From positions 310,001 through 374,000 of IMG/VR virus record IMGVR_UViG_3300032782_000001: a stretch of DNA of 64,000 nucleotides; one strand, 5' to 3'. Position 1 is the first letter of the stretch. Every line of letters starts with the position of its first letter. Shown piece after piece: positions 1 through 10,160 of this stretch. Made by a program: the position numbers and the translations under genes. Under the pieces are notes generated by a model. That model saw only the letters and a list, made by a program, of their open reading frames with translations. It did no database searches and was not told where the DNA came from.

Positions 1-778
1 CAGTTGCACCTCGAGGACCTGGAGTCCCCTGAATGCCCTGATCGCCTTGGGGACCTGTTGTACCCGTTGCGCCGGTAACGCCAGGACTCCCTTGAACCCC
101 TTGAATACCTTGAAGACCAGTCGCGCCCTGCGGACCCGTTGCGCCAGCAGGACCTGTGGGACCAGTCGCTCCAGTTGATCCTTGAAGACCAGTCGCGCCC
201 TGCGGACCCGTTGCGCCCTGCGGTCCAGTCGCACCAGTTATTCCCGGTGAACCTTGCGGTCCAGTTGGACCCGTTGCGCCTTGCGGACCCGTTGCGCCTT
301 GCGGACCCGTTGCGCCGGTAAAGCCAGGTGAACCTTGATCACCTTTCGGACCCGTGGGACCAGTTGCCCCCGTTGATCCTTGTGGACCTGTTGATCCTTG
401 TGGACCCGTTGGACCTGTTGAACCCTGGATTCCAGTCGCGCCTTGCGGACCGGTCGGTCCCGTCGCCCCATCTGGACCGGTGTTACCCTGGGGACCTATT
501 GGTCCCGTAGAACCCGGTACACCATCAGCTCCTGTTGTGCCTTGAGGCCCCGTAGGCCCTGTGGGACCAACAGGTCCGATCGAACCGGTAATGCCTTGAA
601 GACCCGTTGCACCTTGCGGACCCGTAACTCCAGCAGGACCCGTTGCTCCGGTAACACCGTCTATTCCGGTCGGACCTTGGACACCAGTTACCCCCGGCGA
701 CCCTTGCGGACCTTGGGGGCCCGTAGCTCCAGTCGCCCCAGGATGCCGCGGCGCTCCTCGGGGGTTGTCGATCGACAT
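1..778 (-). CDS. Collagen-like (Gly-X-Y) protein, probably a fibre; runs off the window edge
   Basis: Not in the ORF track. ATG at 778 reads [38 protein letters not shown]..., with Gly-X-Y continuing toward position 1. Confidence 0.9.
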   Translation of the reverse strand, partial: MSIDNPRGAPRHPGATGATGPQGPQGSPGVTGVQGPTGIDGVTGATGPAGVTGPQGATGLQGITGSIGPVGPTGPTGPQGTTGADGVPGSTGPIGPQGNTGPDGATGPTGPQGATGIQGSTGPTGPQGSTGPQGSTGATGPTGPKGDQGSPGFTGATGPQGATGPQGATGPTGPQGSPGITGATGPQGATGPQGATGLQGSTGATGPTGPAGATGPQGATGLQGIQGVQGSPGVTGATGTTGPQGDQGIQGTPGPRGAT

Positions 779-782
779 AGGT

Positions 783-2060
783 TCAGCTGGAGGCAGTCAA
801 GGTGATACCGATAGTTCCCGGCGCTCCAGGGACTCCTTTCTCAGCCGCAATTAACCGAACGGTTGTAGTACCTCCGGGGATAGTCACGTAAAGAATGAAA
901 TTGATCGGATTCCCGTCCAGAGGAGCAGGGCCATCCAAACTCTGAAGAAACATGTCTTGAGAAGAATTCGCCGAGTTGACGATAAGAATGTCATGGTCAA
1001 CTAGAGTTTCCTGGGTTTCTTCCACGCCGTTTCCCCAGAACAGTTTAAAAGTGGCGAACCCATTCGGAGCACCGCGAGTATATGTGATATAGAAAGTAAT
1101 GTGACGAACTCCCCGCGGAATTGCAAAAGGAGGTTGGCTCGTGGTATTCCCGGAAGGAGGAAGAGGCCCCGTTACAAGATGAATTACCCGTGGAATTTCA
1201 AATTGGCAACAAGTGGGATTACTCATCACGACAGGCACCACCGGGATAGTGACACCACAAGGTGCTGAAGGAGCTGAACAAGGCCTATCGCATGCACACG
1301 GGTCGCATGGTGTAGAGCAATCCATGAGTAGTCGAGGAGCAAGAATGACGGGACAATTGGAACAGGGGTCAAAAAAGAACCCGTCACAGAGAATAGGAAC
1401 AAGTGGAGTAAAGGGATTTATTGGATTGATGACAGAGAATCGCATGGACTTCGATTCTAACGGGGAATCTGCGAATGCCATCCATTCCCACGTAACGAGA
1501 TAGTCACCACTGCATACGCATACGTTCCATTGGACAAAATACTCACCCATAGCAGCACGCGTAGCTATGGTCCTTGGAGAAACAGATCTCCCGACCGCAT
1601 CGTAGATAGTCCAGAAAACTGCAAAAGCATCAGCAGGGAGGCCTTCAGGACTCTTCAAGAAAAGAGGCAAGTCCCCGCGACCAAGGAAAGTTCCAGAGAG
1701 GTAAGTAAAACCTCCCCTTTCCGGAATGTCGTTCGGGTTTAAAGGTTCACACGGACCATAACTAGATGGATCTACTACGAAGAATTGTTCAGTGAACTTC
1801 CTCGGTAATTGGCCCGATTCAGGAATTACAGACCACTCGATTCGATAATTCCCATTTTTGACATCGGAATACCAGGGAGCATAATACTCACCTGTCTTGG
1901 CTCGAATGGCAGGCAAATCTTTGCCACTCACTTTGGATCCATCAAAGCCAAACACCGTCCAACGGACGTCAAAGGCATCCTGAGCTTGACCGAGATCGTT
2001 ACTCAGATAAATCCTGAGATCGCCTCGTGAGAGTCGGCTTCGAACGAGGAATGAAGGCAT
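783..2060 (-). CDS. Putative virion structural protein with two tandem beta-rich repeats and a Cys/Pro-rich linker
   Basis: 425-aa ORF; the pattern RGDL..L....G...DAF.V.WT....GEY...W...G.Y...W occurs twice; directly upstream of the collagen gene. Confidence 0.6.
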   Translation of the reverse strand: MPSFLVRSRLSRGDLRIYLSNDLGQAQDAFDVRWTVFGFDGSKVSGKDLPAIRAKTGEYYAPWYSDVKNGNYRIEWSVIPESGQLPRKFTEQFFVVDPSSYGPCEPLNPNDIPERGGFTYLSGTFLGRGDLPLFLKSPEGLPADAFAVFWTIYDAVGRSVSPRTIATRAAMGEYFVQWNVCVCSGDYLVTWEWMAFADSPLESKSMRFSVINPINPFTPLVPILCDGFFFDPCSNCPVILAPRLLMDCSTPCDPCACDRPCSAPSAPCGVTIPVVPVVMSNPTCCQFEIPRVIHLVTGPLPPSGNTTSQPPFAIPRGVRHITFYITYTRGAPNGFATFKLFWGNGVEETQETLVDHDILIVNSANSSQDMFLQSLDGPAPLDGNPINFILYVTIPGGTTTVRLIAAEKGVPGAPGTIGITLTASS

Positions 2061-2072
2061 TCCATTAGAGAG

Positions 2073-2870
2073 TCAGATTAGTGGCTTATTGCCATGAGTT
2101 TGTGCGTACCTGTCTTTAGCTTTCTTCGATTTACATTGTTTGCAAGTCAGTTGAATGATTCCACGGCGAACGCGTGCATAGCACTCGGAGATTGGAATCC
2201 GACCGTGTTGCTTGCAAGCGAAATACTGCTTGGGCTGCATAGCCTTGAAACGCCGACTGGCGATGCTATTGCTGATCGCTAGCCGGCTTGGCGCATTACC
2301 ATTCGCCTTGTAAGTATCACTAATTTTGCGAAGAACGTCGGGACTTCGATTCTAGTTAGAAGCTACAATCTTGGCTCGGCATTCAGAAGTCATTGAGGCC
2401 GTATTTCTGGCTGCGATCACCACGGGATCTTGAGCTAGTGCTTTGAGCCTTGATTCAATAAGAGCCCGATATTCCGGATTTTGGAACGCCAGGTTTAAAC
2501 TGGCCTGCCGCTTTTCACGGTAACCAGGGCGATTCCATGGATTTTTTACCAGGTGTGGGGTATGAGCTCCACCCTTCGCGAGGTTGAATCCCTTCTCTGG
2601 ATTGCGCGTGTCGTAGCGCCTGACGAAGAACTTTTCAAGTGCGTTGGCTAGCCTAACGTCGTTACACGTCATCAAAACGTCGTGCGTGAACGCTTCGGGT
2701 CCATACTTACGAATTGCGTTCCAAAAATACGCGCATCCTTTACCGTGTTTAGCCATCGCGTCATACATATGGCGGTTCCATCGCTTCATCATCGTGAGCT
2801 TCGTAAGCCCGATGTAGCGACGGCCAGTTGCAACGTGCGTATGGCAGTAAACCGTCCAGAGGAGCCCCAT
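2073..2870 (-). pseudogene. GIY-YIG homing endonuclease interrupted by an in-frame TAG at 2352-2354
   Basis: N-terminal VYCHTHVATGRRYIGLT and GFNLAKGG. The frame continues after the TAG (NRSPDVLRKIS...CKQHG...CKQCK) to TGA at 2073. Confidence 0.75.
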
Positions 2871-2903
2871 GAAGGACTCTACTGGATCAATAGCATTCGT
2901 AAA

Positions 2904-3311
2904 CTAAGAAGACTTCACAAAAGAAGCGTTGAGACCACCCACAGGACCAGTCGGAGCAAAAGACCCGGCGGGAACCACGTCGAATTCATGAATGAATTCC
3001 ACTCCGAAATCAACACTCCTCAAAATGAGACGCCAGAAACCAATCCTGTCTGGAAAAAATCGGAGAGAATAAAATGTGGAGTTCACGGCCGTCTCATTAA
3101 AGAAAATCTGACCAGCACAAACTGATGAATCCGGTACAAAGCTGCCATCCACCAGAGGCCAAGGTGATTCCACATTATTGACGAATAATTTTAAAGTTAT
3201 GCTCGATACGAGCACTCCAGGAACGCGATTGATGCTTCCAACAGGATTATAGAAATCCAGTTGATCGTAGATGATCGAGCCCGCAGCAACGAGGCGCTCC
3301 ATACGGAGCAT
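2904..3311 (-). CDS. Hypothetical beta-rich (structural?) protein
   Basis: 135-aa ORF, co-oriented with the structural genes. Confidence 0.5.
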   Translation of the reverse strand: MLRMERLVAAGSIIYDQLDFYNPVGSINRVPGVLVSSITLKLFVNNVESPWPLVDGSFVPDSSVCAGQIFFNETAVNSTFYSLRFFPDRIGFWRLILRSVDFGVEFIHEFDVVPAGSFAPTGPVGGLNASFVKSS

Positions 3312-3358
3312 GATGGATTAGCGTCCTATCGACATCTCGATGGTACTGGTCCGGAAAC

Positions 3359-4855
3359 ATGAATAGTGGATATTTCGGCTCGGGACGAGGAAATGGAACC
3401 AACTTCAAGGACGAAGAACTGGATGAAGCCCGTTCTATCATCAGACAATATGAAGAACAGCTGAACAGGATTCAAAAGATGCCTTCACCCCGAGCAATTG
3501 TGGTGAACGTATCCGAAGCCCAGAAGTCTGTTCTTCTAGCTGCAGGCTCAGGGTCTATCCTGGAAGTTCCGCTCCCCGCAGAGCACGCGTCACGGCTAAA
3601 GACGGGGACTGTCGTCAAATGCATTTCTGAGACGATGGGAATTATTGGAATCGTGGACGTTCCGGAACCCATTGGTGAAATTGCTACAGTCCGAACTGAT
3701 GGGAAAGACGGCCTGTGCGAGATCGATTATGGTGGCAAGGTTCGGATGATCCGTTATGGCTTCCAGAAAGCTCCGGAAGCCGGAGATAGAATCATCGTAG
3801 ATAGTACGTGTTCCGTAGCGGTCGTTTCGTTGGGGAAAGATGATACAAAATTCTCTTTCACGGGCGAAACGGGAGTGCTTTGGGATGATATTGGAGGCCT
3901 TGAAAAGGCAAAAGAAGATTTGAAAGAAGCCGTTGAAATGCCTTTCCGGCATGCAGATCTCTATAAAGCCTATGGTAAGAAGCCTGCACGAGGAGTATTG
4001 CTCTACGGACCGCCGGGGTGTGGAAAAACCATGCTCGGTAAGGCCGTAGCCACTTCCATGAGCCAAATTCATGGAAAGGAAGCTTCAGCCACAGGATTCG
4101 TATACGTCAAAGGCCCTGAGCTTTTGGATAAGTTTGTGGGTACTACTGAAGCCAATATTCGAGCACTCTTCGCCAGGACTCGCAGTCATTTTAAAAAGAA
4201 TGGGTATCTTGCAGTCCTCTTGATTGATGAAGCCGATGCGCTTCTCGGCAAACGCGGGGCTAGACTCAACATGGGAATGGAAACTACGGTAGTCCCACAG
4301 TTCCTTTCAGAGATGGATGGTCTCTATGAATCAGGATGCATCATCATCTTAGCCACCAATCGTCCTGATACGTTGGATCCAGCCATTACGAGAGAAGGTC
4401 GAGTGGACATCAAAGTTCAGGTGACTCGACCTGATCGGAGAGGAATTGAAGATATCCTCAGATTGAATCTCGCAAATAGACCCGTACATGACCTGGAACG
4501 AACGGTGAAAGCTGGAGCGGATTCATTGCTTTCACCAGCTAACGTTCTCTATGAAGTTGTTCTGAAAGATAAAAAGGTAGAAAAATTTACCCTAGAATCG
4601 CTCCTATCCGGGTCTATGGTAACCACTGTAGTGGAAAGAGCTGCCACACTAGCACTTCGTGAAGATGTCAAAAATGGAGGAAGAGCTGGTGGAATCCAAG
4701 TGAGGCACTTAGAGGCTGCGGCACAACTTGTATTCATGCAAAACCTTCACACAAATCACGACGAAGCTTTAGAGGATTTCTGTGAACGCTTTTCAGATCA
4801 AGTCAAAGAGATCAGGCGACCCAAAGAAGAGTCAAGCCTGATTAGACTCAGTTGA
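3359..4855 (+). CDS. ARC/Mpa-type (proteasome-associated family) AAA+ ATPase
   Basis: N-terminal coiled coil plus OB-like region; Walker A GPPGCGKT; Walker B LLIDEAD; VVPQFLSEMDG; ATNRPDTLDPAITREGRVD; SGSMVTTVVERA. Confidence 0.85.
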   Translation: MNSGYFGSGRGNGTNFKDEELDEARSIIRQYEEQLNRIQKMPSPRAIVVNVSEAQKSVLLAAGSGSILEVPLPAEHASRLKTGTVVKCISETMGIIGIVDVPEPIGEIATVRTDGKDGLCEIDYGGKVRMIRYGFQKAPEAGDRIIVDSTCSVAVVSLGKDDTKFSFTGETGVLWDDIGGLEKAKEDLKEAVEMPFRHADLYKAYGKKPARGVLLYGPPGCGKTMLGKAVATSMSQIHGKEASATGFVYVKGPELLDKFVGTTEANIRALFARTRSHFKKNGYLAVLLIDEADALLGKRGARLNMGMETTVVPQFLSEMDGLYESGCIIILATNRPDTLDPAITREGRVDIKVQVTRPDRRGIEDILRLNLANRPVHDLERTVKAGADSLLSPANVLYEVVLKDKKVEKFTLESLLSGSMVTTVVERAATLALREDVKNGGRAGGIQVRHLEAAAQLVFMQNLHTNHDEALEDFCERFSDQVKEIRRPKEESSLIRLS

Positions 4856-4856
4856 G

Positions 4857-5108
4857 TCAAAAACACATCTGTTTATAATCTTTGATCTTTTGAGCGTACT
4901 CCGAGAACCGCCCCTGGCCTGAGTGATAAGCGTCTCGGAGTTCCTTAATGGATCCAGCTTTGTTCGTGAAAACGAAATATACTCGTTTCCTGTCACTATT
5001 GTGAATTCGTTCTTCTCGTTTCCGAACGAAGTCACAACCTGCTATTGCAAAATAGGCCGCCAAGTAGATGTCGGTGGTCTCGTACTCTTCGTCTTCAGTT
5101 ACCGGCAT
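4857..5108 (-). CDS. Small hypothetical phage protein (DUF5659-like)
   Basis: 83 aa; TTDIYLAAYF...RVYFVF pattern. Confidence 0.55.
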   Translation of the reverse strand: MPVTEDEEYETTDIYLAAYFAIAGCDFVRKREERIHNSDRKRVYFVFTNKAGSIKELRDAYHSGQGRFSEYAQKIKDYKQMCF

Positions 5109-5204
5109 AGTATATATATCCGTATCTCAGCAATACCCTACCAATGGATACGGAATACGATTAGATCGCTTTCCTTCGGGCCCTGTATACTCTCATACCA
5201 AGCG

Positions 5205-5309
5205 CTATTGACGCGAGTGCACGTCCGACATACTCGGCTTCCCTTCCGTCAGTCCGATATAGCGGCGTCCAGATTCAATATGCGTATGACAGTATATCGT
5301 AAAAACGAT
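5205..5309 (-). pseudogene. Relic N-terminus of a second GIY-YIG endonuclease
   Basis: Translates IVFTIYCHTHIESGRRYIGLTEGKPSMSDVHSRQ*, matching TVYCHTHVATGRRYIGLT of the gene starting at 2870; no intact start. Confidence 0.75.
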
Positions 5310-5310
5310 T

Positions 5311-5342
5311 GGAGCCCCAAGAACTTTCGTTCGAGGGGCTCC
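5311..5342. terminator. GC-rich hairpin downstream of the 5402-6211 gene
   Basis: GGAGCCCC...GGGGCTCC; a second hairpin AAAGTTCC/GGAACTTT lies just to its right. Confidence 0.5.
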
Positions 5343-5401
5343 TTTCAGGTTCTTGAAAGTTCCCATTAAGGAACTTTACCAACCAATAGCATTAACCCGG
5401 A

Positions 5402-6211
5402 TCAAACTACGAAGGGTGTAGAACCATCATTGGCTACGATGGCAGCCGCTACTCCAGCCGGCAATCCAATACGAGTTCCACCAGGCTGGAAAGCCGAAGA
5501 AGCCCACTTCGAGAGGTTGCCGTAGACGAAACTCATCAATACCATTCCAGTTTCAACGAGGCTCGGAGCAACAGCATCTGCGATGGCATTGTCAAGAGCC
5601 GTCTGAGCAGTCGTGGAAAGGAGTGAAAAGGTCGAGAGAGCGTTGATGGTGGCCGCCGCAACGTTGATCGTCGTAGCAGACGGGTAGACTGCCGTCTTCA
5701 GTGCAGAAACGGCGAGAGGAGAAGTCGCCGCTGCCGTGATACCGACCACCGTGTGGAATGCGCCAGCCGAAGGCAGAGTCGCACTGACCTCAATGTACGC
5801 ATTGGCACCGGCGACCGTCGTGTCGATCGTGATCTGATTGGTACCACTGATGCGAGCAACCAGCGGCAGGCCCGCCGCCGAGAAGCCAGCATTCAGATCA
5901 GAAACCAGTTGGGTCTTGGCTGCAGTCGCACTGGACGTAACCACGATCTGAGTGAAAGAAGCTGACGCGCTGGCTCTGACGTTGAACTTGGTTCCGTTGG
6001 CAACAGTCGTGTCAACTGTTGCCGCCGTGTTGGAGCCACGAATGGTCAGGAACGCATAGGTATTGAGTACGGCCTGTAGCTCTGCGTCCGTCGGCTTGTG
6101 GAAGTAACGGGACTGACCAGCAGGCTGGCTCGAGAAATTCCGCTGAGAGCGGTTCTCGACATCCTGAAGGTACATGTGAGCGATGTCCGATCGAACGATT
6201 CCAACGCGCAT
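5402..6211 (-). CDS. Putative virion structural protein (Ala/Thr/Ser-rich)
   Basis: 269-aa ORF with a GAGGAG RBS; composition typical of virion proteins. Confidence 0.65.
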   Translation of the reverse strand: MRVGIVRSDIAHMYLQDVENRSQRNFSSQPAGQSRYFHKPTDAELQAVLNTYAFLTIRGSNTAATVDTTVANGTKFNVRASASASFTQIVVTSSATAAKTQLVSDLNAGFSAAGLPLVARISGTNQITIDTTVAGANAYIEVSATLPSAGAFHTVVGITAAATSPLAVSALKTAVYPSATTINVAAATINALSTFSLLSTTAQTALDNAIADAVAPSLVETGMVLMSFVYGNLSKWASSAFQPGGTRIGLPAGVAAAIVANDGSTPFVV

Positions 6212-6264
6212 TGTGGTCTCCTCAATTCCTTACGCCATCAAAGCGTGAAAAAAGTTCCCGAACA

Positions 6265-6819
6265 TCACGTGAGCGTGAACTGGTTGCTGAACTTGGAGTT
6301 TGCCTGGATGACAACCTTCCATCCAGTGGCGGGAGTTCCGATGGTAACAACCCCATCGAGAATCGTGATCGAAGTGGCACCAATCGTGTTGAAGGCCGAT
6401 TGGGGGATCTTCTGACTTGCACCCAGAAGATTCGTCAAAGTGGCATAGGTGATATCCGGTGCCACCGAAAGGAACGTCGTGCCCGTAATGGTCGTCGTAC
6501 CGGCAGAATTCGAAGCCGCAGTAACAACAGGAGTTGCCACAAGACTGGATGCGATGACTGAATAAGTCACTTGACCAGCTGCAGAAAGCCCCGCAATTAC
6601 GCCCTTCGGTGCCATCGCCAATAAAACTTCGTCAGACTCAACCATGTCAAGATAACCCTTGACGCTGGGATCCACCGGGTTGGCGTAGGGAACGTAGACC
6701 TTGCGTTTCGGATGCTGAGCGTAGCCTTCGAAATTGCCTTGGCTCGTATCGATCTTGTCCAAAAGGATCGAACGAACTTGCAACTGCTGATTTACGACCC
6801 TGACAAGATTGATGGACAT
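6265..6819 (-). CDS. Putative virion structural protein
   Basis: 184 aa; AGGAG RBS; Ig-like Thr-rich C-terminal half. Confidence 0.65.
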   Translation of the reverse strand: MSINLVRVVNQQLQVRSILLDKIDTSQGNFEGYAQHPKRKVYVPYANPVDPSVKGYLDMVESDEVLLAMAPKGVIAGLSAAGQVTYSVIASSLVATPVVTAASNSAGTTTITGTTFLSVAPDITYATLTNLLGASQKIPQSAFNTIGATSITILDGVVTIGTPATGWKVVIQANSKFSNQFTLT

Positions 6820-6857
6820 TTCGAGTCTCCTGGGATGGTCTCAGGATAAAAGATGCA

Positions 6858-7517
6858 TCAGAAATGTTCGCTGTTCCGGAGTGTGAACACAGCGTAGATC
6901 TCCGTGGGTGCACCATTACCCCGAATGAAGAGTTGAGATATAGAAGTAAACACATGCCGATAATTCGTGAACTCCGATGATAGTGGGTTCACGGCGAATT
7001 CTGGACCATTTGGTTCAAATGCTACGAAGCAAATAGCAGCTCCTTGATTTTGAAATTCCCAGTCATTGCATTGCATCGGCAATTGGATTTCCAATGCATG
7101 AGCAAGATCCGCTTCGGTTGGTGCATTCCCGTGCAACACACAAGACCTGTTGGGAGTGGAATCATACGGCAGAATGAGGTGCATAGCCTCAGCCGGACCT
7201 ACAGTCCCGTCCGTCCCAACTTGTTTGATCTGAACGTAGAAAGGCTTGGTGTCGTCTACCGCCGGAGTACCAGTAGTGTAATCCGAAGGGTCGAACAAAA
7301 ACCTCGTCAGCCCCTTGAATTCGCCATCAGAAGATGTGCCAAAAAAAGGCACTGATACTGATTTTAGTCCAGCTGCAGGCACAGTTTCGAACTGTGTAAA
7401 GGCTGAATCAAAATTGGCTGCGGCGAAAAATTGATATGCCGCCACGTTCGGACGCGCACGCAGGTTCAGGTCAACCAGGTGGTTCCGGCGCCGAGTGACG
7501 GATAGAGATCTCGCCAT
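6858..7517 (-). CDS. Putative structural protein
   Basis: 219-aa beta-rich ORF in the same cluster. Confidence 0.55.
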   Translation of the reverse strand: MARSLSVTRRRNHLVDLNLRARPNVAAYQFFAAANFDSAFTQFETVPAAGLKSVSVPFFGTSSDGEFKGLTRFLFDPSDYTTGTPAVDDTKPFYVQIKQVGTDGTVGPAEAMHLILPYDSTPNRSCVLHGNAPTEADLAHALEIQLPMQCNDWEFQNQGAAICFVAFEPNGPEFAVNPLSSEFTNYRHVFTSISQLFIRGNGAPTEIYAVFTLRNSEHF

Positions 7518-7550
7518 TTCGGCAGAAGTCAGGAATAAAAGGCTTGACCC

Positions 7551-8138
7551 TTAACGAGTATATCTGGAATCATACTGAACTTCTTGAGATTTACGTTCGT
7601 TTTTCGGGACCCACCATCCGATTGCATGGAAGCCACCCAATTCCCGAGCATGAATTTGAGGGTCTTTACCCATCGGGACAGCATGGATTGCAGCGTTCTT
7701 TGGAACTGGAGCATTCCAAAGAGGCATGTTTATGGAGTCCACTCCCGTCACTACGAAACTACGAACAGGTTTATCCCCATCCCAAGTCGTCAAGAAGGCT
7801 TTACCTGATTCGTCATACCAGCCCAAAAGATAGACGTGATCCCAAGACGGTGAAAGCGTCATAAAGGGAGCAATGGCATCCCAAAAAGTGTTCCCATCAA
7901 CGGTAAAAGTGAAGGGAGGCCCATCTTGGAATTTGGCGTGAATCAAAACAACGGAGTTGATAGTCGGCACCAAATTTGCCGTCTTCAGTCCAGTTCGTGG
8001 ATCAGGAGACTTCTTAGACTCGAATCCGCGAGTTTCGTCCCAACTCAAAACTTTCAAACTCATCATGTCCATGATGGACACCATACGCTCACTTAGACTT
8101 CGCTTTTTCTTTACTAATCTTTTCGTTGTAAGTAGCAC
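7551..8138 (-). CDS. Hypothetical protein
   Basis: 195-aa ORF that tiles with its neighbours; start uncertain. Confidence 0.55.
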   Translation of the reverse strand: MLLTTKRLVKKKRSLSERMVSIMDMMSLKVLSWDETRGFESKKSPDPRTGLKTANLVPTINSVVLIHAKFQDGPPFTFTVDGNTFWDAIAPFMTLSPSWDHVYLLGWYDESGKAFLTTWDGDKPVRSFVVTGVDSINMPLWNAPVPKNAAIHAVPMGKDPQIHARELGGFHAIGWWVPKNERKSQEVQYDSRYTR

Positions 8139-8529
8139 CTACAGAGATAGAATCAGCACCAATTGCAGCTTGCCGGTCTTTGTCTGCCATAGCAAGTGAT
8201 TGGGCTTCTCGCCAACTCTCAGTAATGTGGCCTTGGTAATTGGGAGTAGCATCCCGATTAATATGGCCGTACCTGTCTTTCTGACGGCGTTCCATTTCCT
8301 GGGATTTCTTATTCCGATAATCTTTGAAACGATTACCCTTGGAAGGCCATGATCCTGACGGCCCGTCCTTCAGGGCGAATTGGACTACACTAGGAGTGAA
8401 GCGGTACTCACATTCTGAACCACACGCTTCACATTTAGGTCGATACTCTTTGAAACCGTTCATCGAATGATCTTCTTCCTGAGAATGGAAGCAAGCATCA
8501 TTGGTGCAAAAATACTCATACGTAGGCAT
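8089..8529 (-). CDS. FmdB-family zinc-ribbon protein
   Basis: MPTYEYFCTNDAC...CEACG signature. Confidence 0.8.
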   Translation of the reverse strand: MPTYEYFCTNDACFHSQEEDHSMNGFKEYRPKCEACGSECEYRFTPSVVQFALKDGPSGSWPSKGNRFKDYRNKKSQEMERRQKDRYGHINRDATPNYQGHITESWREAQSLAMADKDRQAAIGADSISVGATYNEKISKEKAKSK

Positions 8530-8537
8530 CAGGAACT

Positions 8538-9773
8538 CTACTTCTTGGAATTCGTAGGAAGATCTTCCTCAACTTCTTCTTCGTCTTCGGATTCTTCCGA
8601 TTCTGGTTCTTCCTCTTCTTCGGGCGATACTTGTTCCTCTTCCTCCTCGGATTCTAGATCCAGAGTTTCATCCTTTGAAGCTTCGGAATCTTCCACCGGG
8701 GGTTCAATTTCAGTAATTTCGACCTCTTCGGGTTCAGTTTCCGTCTCTGGTGCCTCTTCCCAATCAATTTCAACATCCGCATCTTCAGATTCGACATCTT
8801 CAAGAGGAACTTCGGCGGCCCCTTCCAGACGATCCCACTCGGAATCTATAACATCAAGTAATTCTTTCTCATCAAGCCCCCAGTTTTCATCAGTGACTTC
8901 TTGGACGAATCCATCTAGGCGCTTGAGGACTGCATAAGCATGCTTGCAAAGCCAGTATTTCCTGTCAGGATCGCGTTCATTAGGCGGACCGGCAGTACCT
9001 TCAGGATTTCCCAGCAGAAAGTTATTCTCTTTAGCATGGAACTCAGGACCATTCCATCGCCAGAAAGGGCAAGTACAAGACATTGCGACTTGATTGACGT
9101 CAGATAAGGACGCCCGCACAGTTTTGGCGCCGTTCCCGCAATTAACGGAAAAAGTGAAAACTCTGCTACGTTTATCGTATGAAACGAGTTTAACGTCGCA
9201 AGATTTGGCATTGGATCGAATTTTCTCCGGAGCTCGCGGCTCTAGAGCCTCCGGTTTCAACGCGAGTCGAACCAAAAGTATGGACGAATGGCGTACAGGC
9301 TTTTCTTTGGATCTGTATGGATAATCCCAATACTGCGTCATGTCTACGTCTGACATATACGAAGTATCGGTCGGATCCTGGACATTTTCATCGAAATCAT
9401 ACTCTTGATGATGCGTCATGTCGTCCGCATCATCAATTTCGAAAATTGAACCGGGTTCCGAACTCGGAACAGTTGGTTCGTTGTCATCATAAACAAACGT
9501 TTTGGTGCCGAAATAATCGGCTTCTTCCGTTTCACCAGTAGGACTCGTACCATCCGCTGTCCTAATTGAAGCAATGCGGCTTGCAATTCTAGCAATCCTA
9601 CTAGCCGCCACTCGCTCTACTTTGATCGGAATCAAAAAGAGGGGTTTGAGATGATCAGGAATAGCTACTGCGAAACTCAAAATATCAGGAAATACCTCCT
9701 GACATTTGAAAGCGTAGATCGCGGCCTCACTGAGGACGAACCCATGGGGGAAGTCGTCATTGTTCATATTCAC
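8538..9773 (-). CDS. SWIM-type Zn-finger protein with acidic tail
   Basis: CTCPFW...CKH motif; Glu-rich C-terminus; RIASRIARIASRIASIRTA repeat. Confidence 0.7.
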   Translation of the reverse strand: MNMNNDDFPHGFVLSEAAIYAFKCQEVFPDILSFAVAIPDHLKPLFLIPIKVERVAASRIARIASRIASIRTADGTSPTGETEEADYFGTKTFVYDDNEPTVPSSEPGSIFEIDDADDMTHHQEYDFDENVQDPTDTSYMSDVDMTQYWDYPYRSKEKPVRHSSILLVRLALKPEALEPRAPEKIRSNAKSCDVKLVSYDKRSRVFTFSVNCGNGAKTVRASLSDVNQVAMSCTCPFWRWNGPEFHAKENNFLLGNPEGTAGPPNERDPDRKYWLCKHAYAVLKRLDGFVQEVTDENWGLDEKELLDVIDSEWDRLEGAAEVPLEDVESEDADVEIDWEEAPETETEPEEVEITEIEPPVEDSEASKDETLDLESEEEEEQVSPEEEEEPESEESEDEEEVEEDLPTNSKK

Positions 9774-10123
9774 TCATCGACTACAGGAAGGCCCGTCCTG
9801 CGCGGCATACGGATCCTGACTTCTTCAAGAACTCTCTCTAATTCATCAACCTTTTCCGGTCGAAGAGTTTGACGGAGTTCCTCGTAGTCGATCTTATTAA
9901 CGGCCATAGCCGCAGCTTCCAAAGCTCTCTCGAGCTTCAGAAGAGTCTGTGGGACAGCGTAAATAGTGTCGCCGGCTACAGCGTAGAAGTGATCCCGTTT
10001 GGTGCTTGCGTTAACGAGATCTAGAGCATGAGCAATGTGCCCCTTAAGCTCGTCGCAACGAAGTCGGGCATCAGAGATCTCTTCTTGGATGCAAACCATC
10101 GCGCCGGCAGTCCTGATCCTCAT
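9770..10123 (-). CDS. Hypothetical helical protein
   Basis: 117 aa; 4-bp overlap with the downstream gene. Confidence 0.6.
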   Translation of the reverse strand: MRIRTAGAMVCIQEEISDARLRCDELKGHIAHALDLVNASTKRDHFYAVAGDTIYAVPQTLLKLERALEAAAMAVNKIDYEELRQTLRPEKVDELERVLEEVRIRMPRRTGLPVVDE

Positions 10124-10160
10124 AGGGCTACCGGCGCCCGATCACAAAAGTCTTGAAGAC

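Noticed and set aside
139-805. Plus-strand and alternative-frame ORFs over the collagen gene
   Set aside because: Shadows of the Gly-X-Y repeat on the minus strand.
2352-2354. Genome-wide TAG recoding
   Set aside because: TAG is a real stop elsewhere: it directly follows the VMES tag at 16547 and 43035, where other tagged genes use TAA. Long genes are not fragmented.
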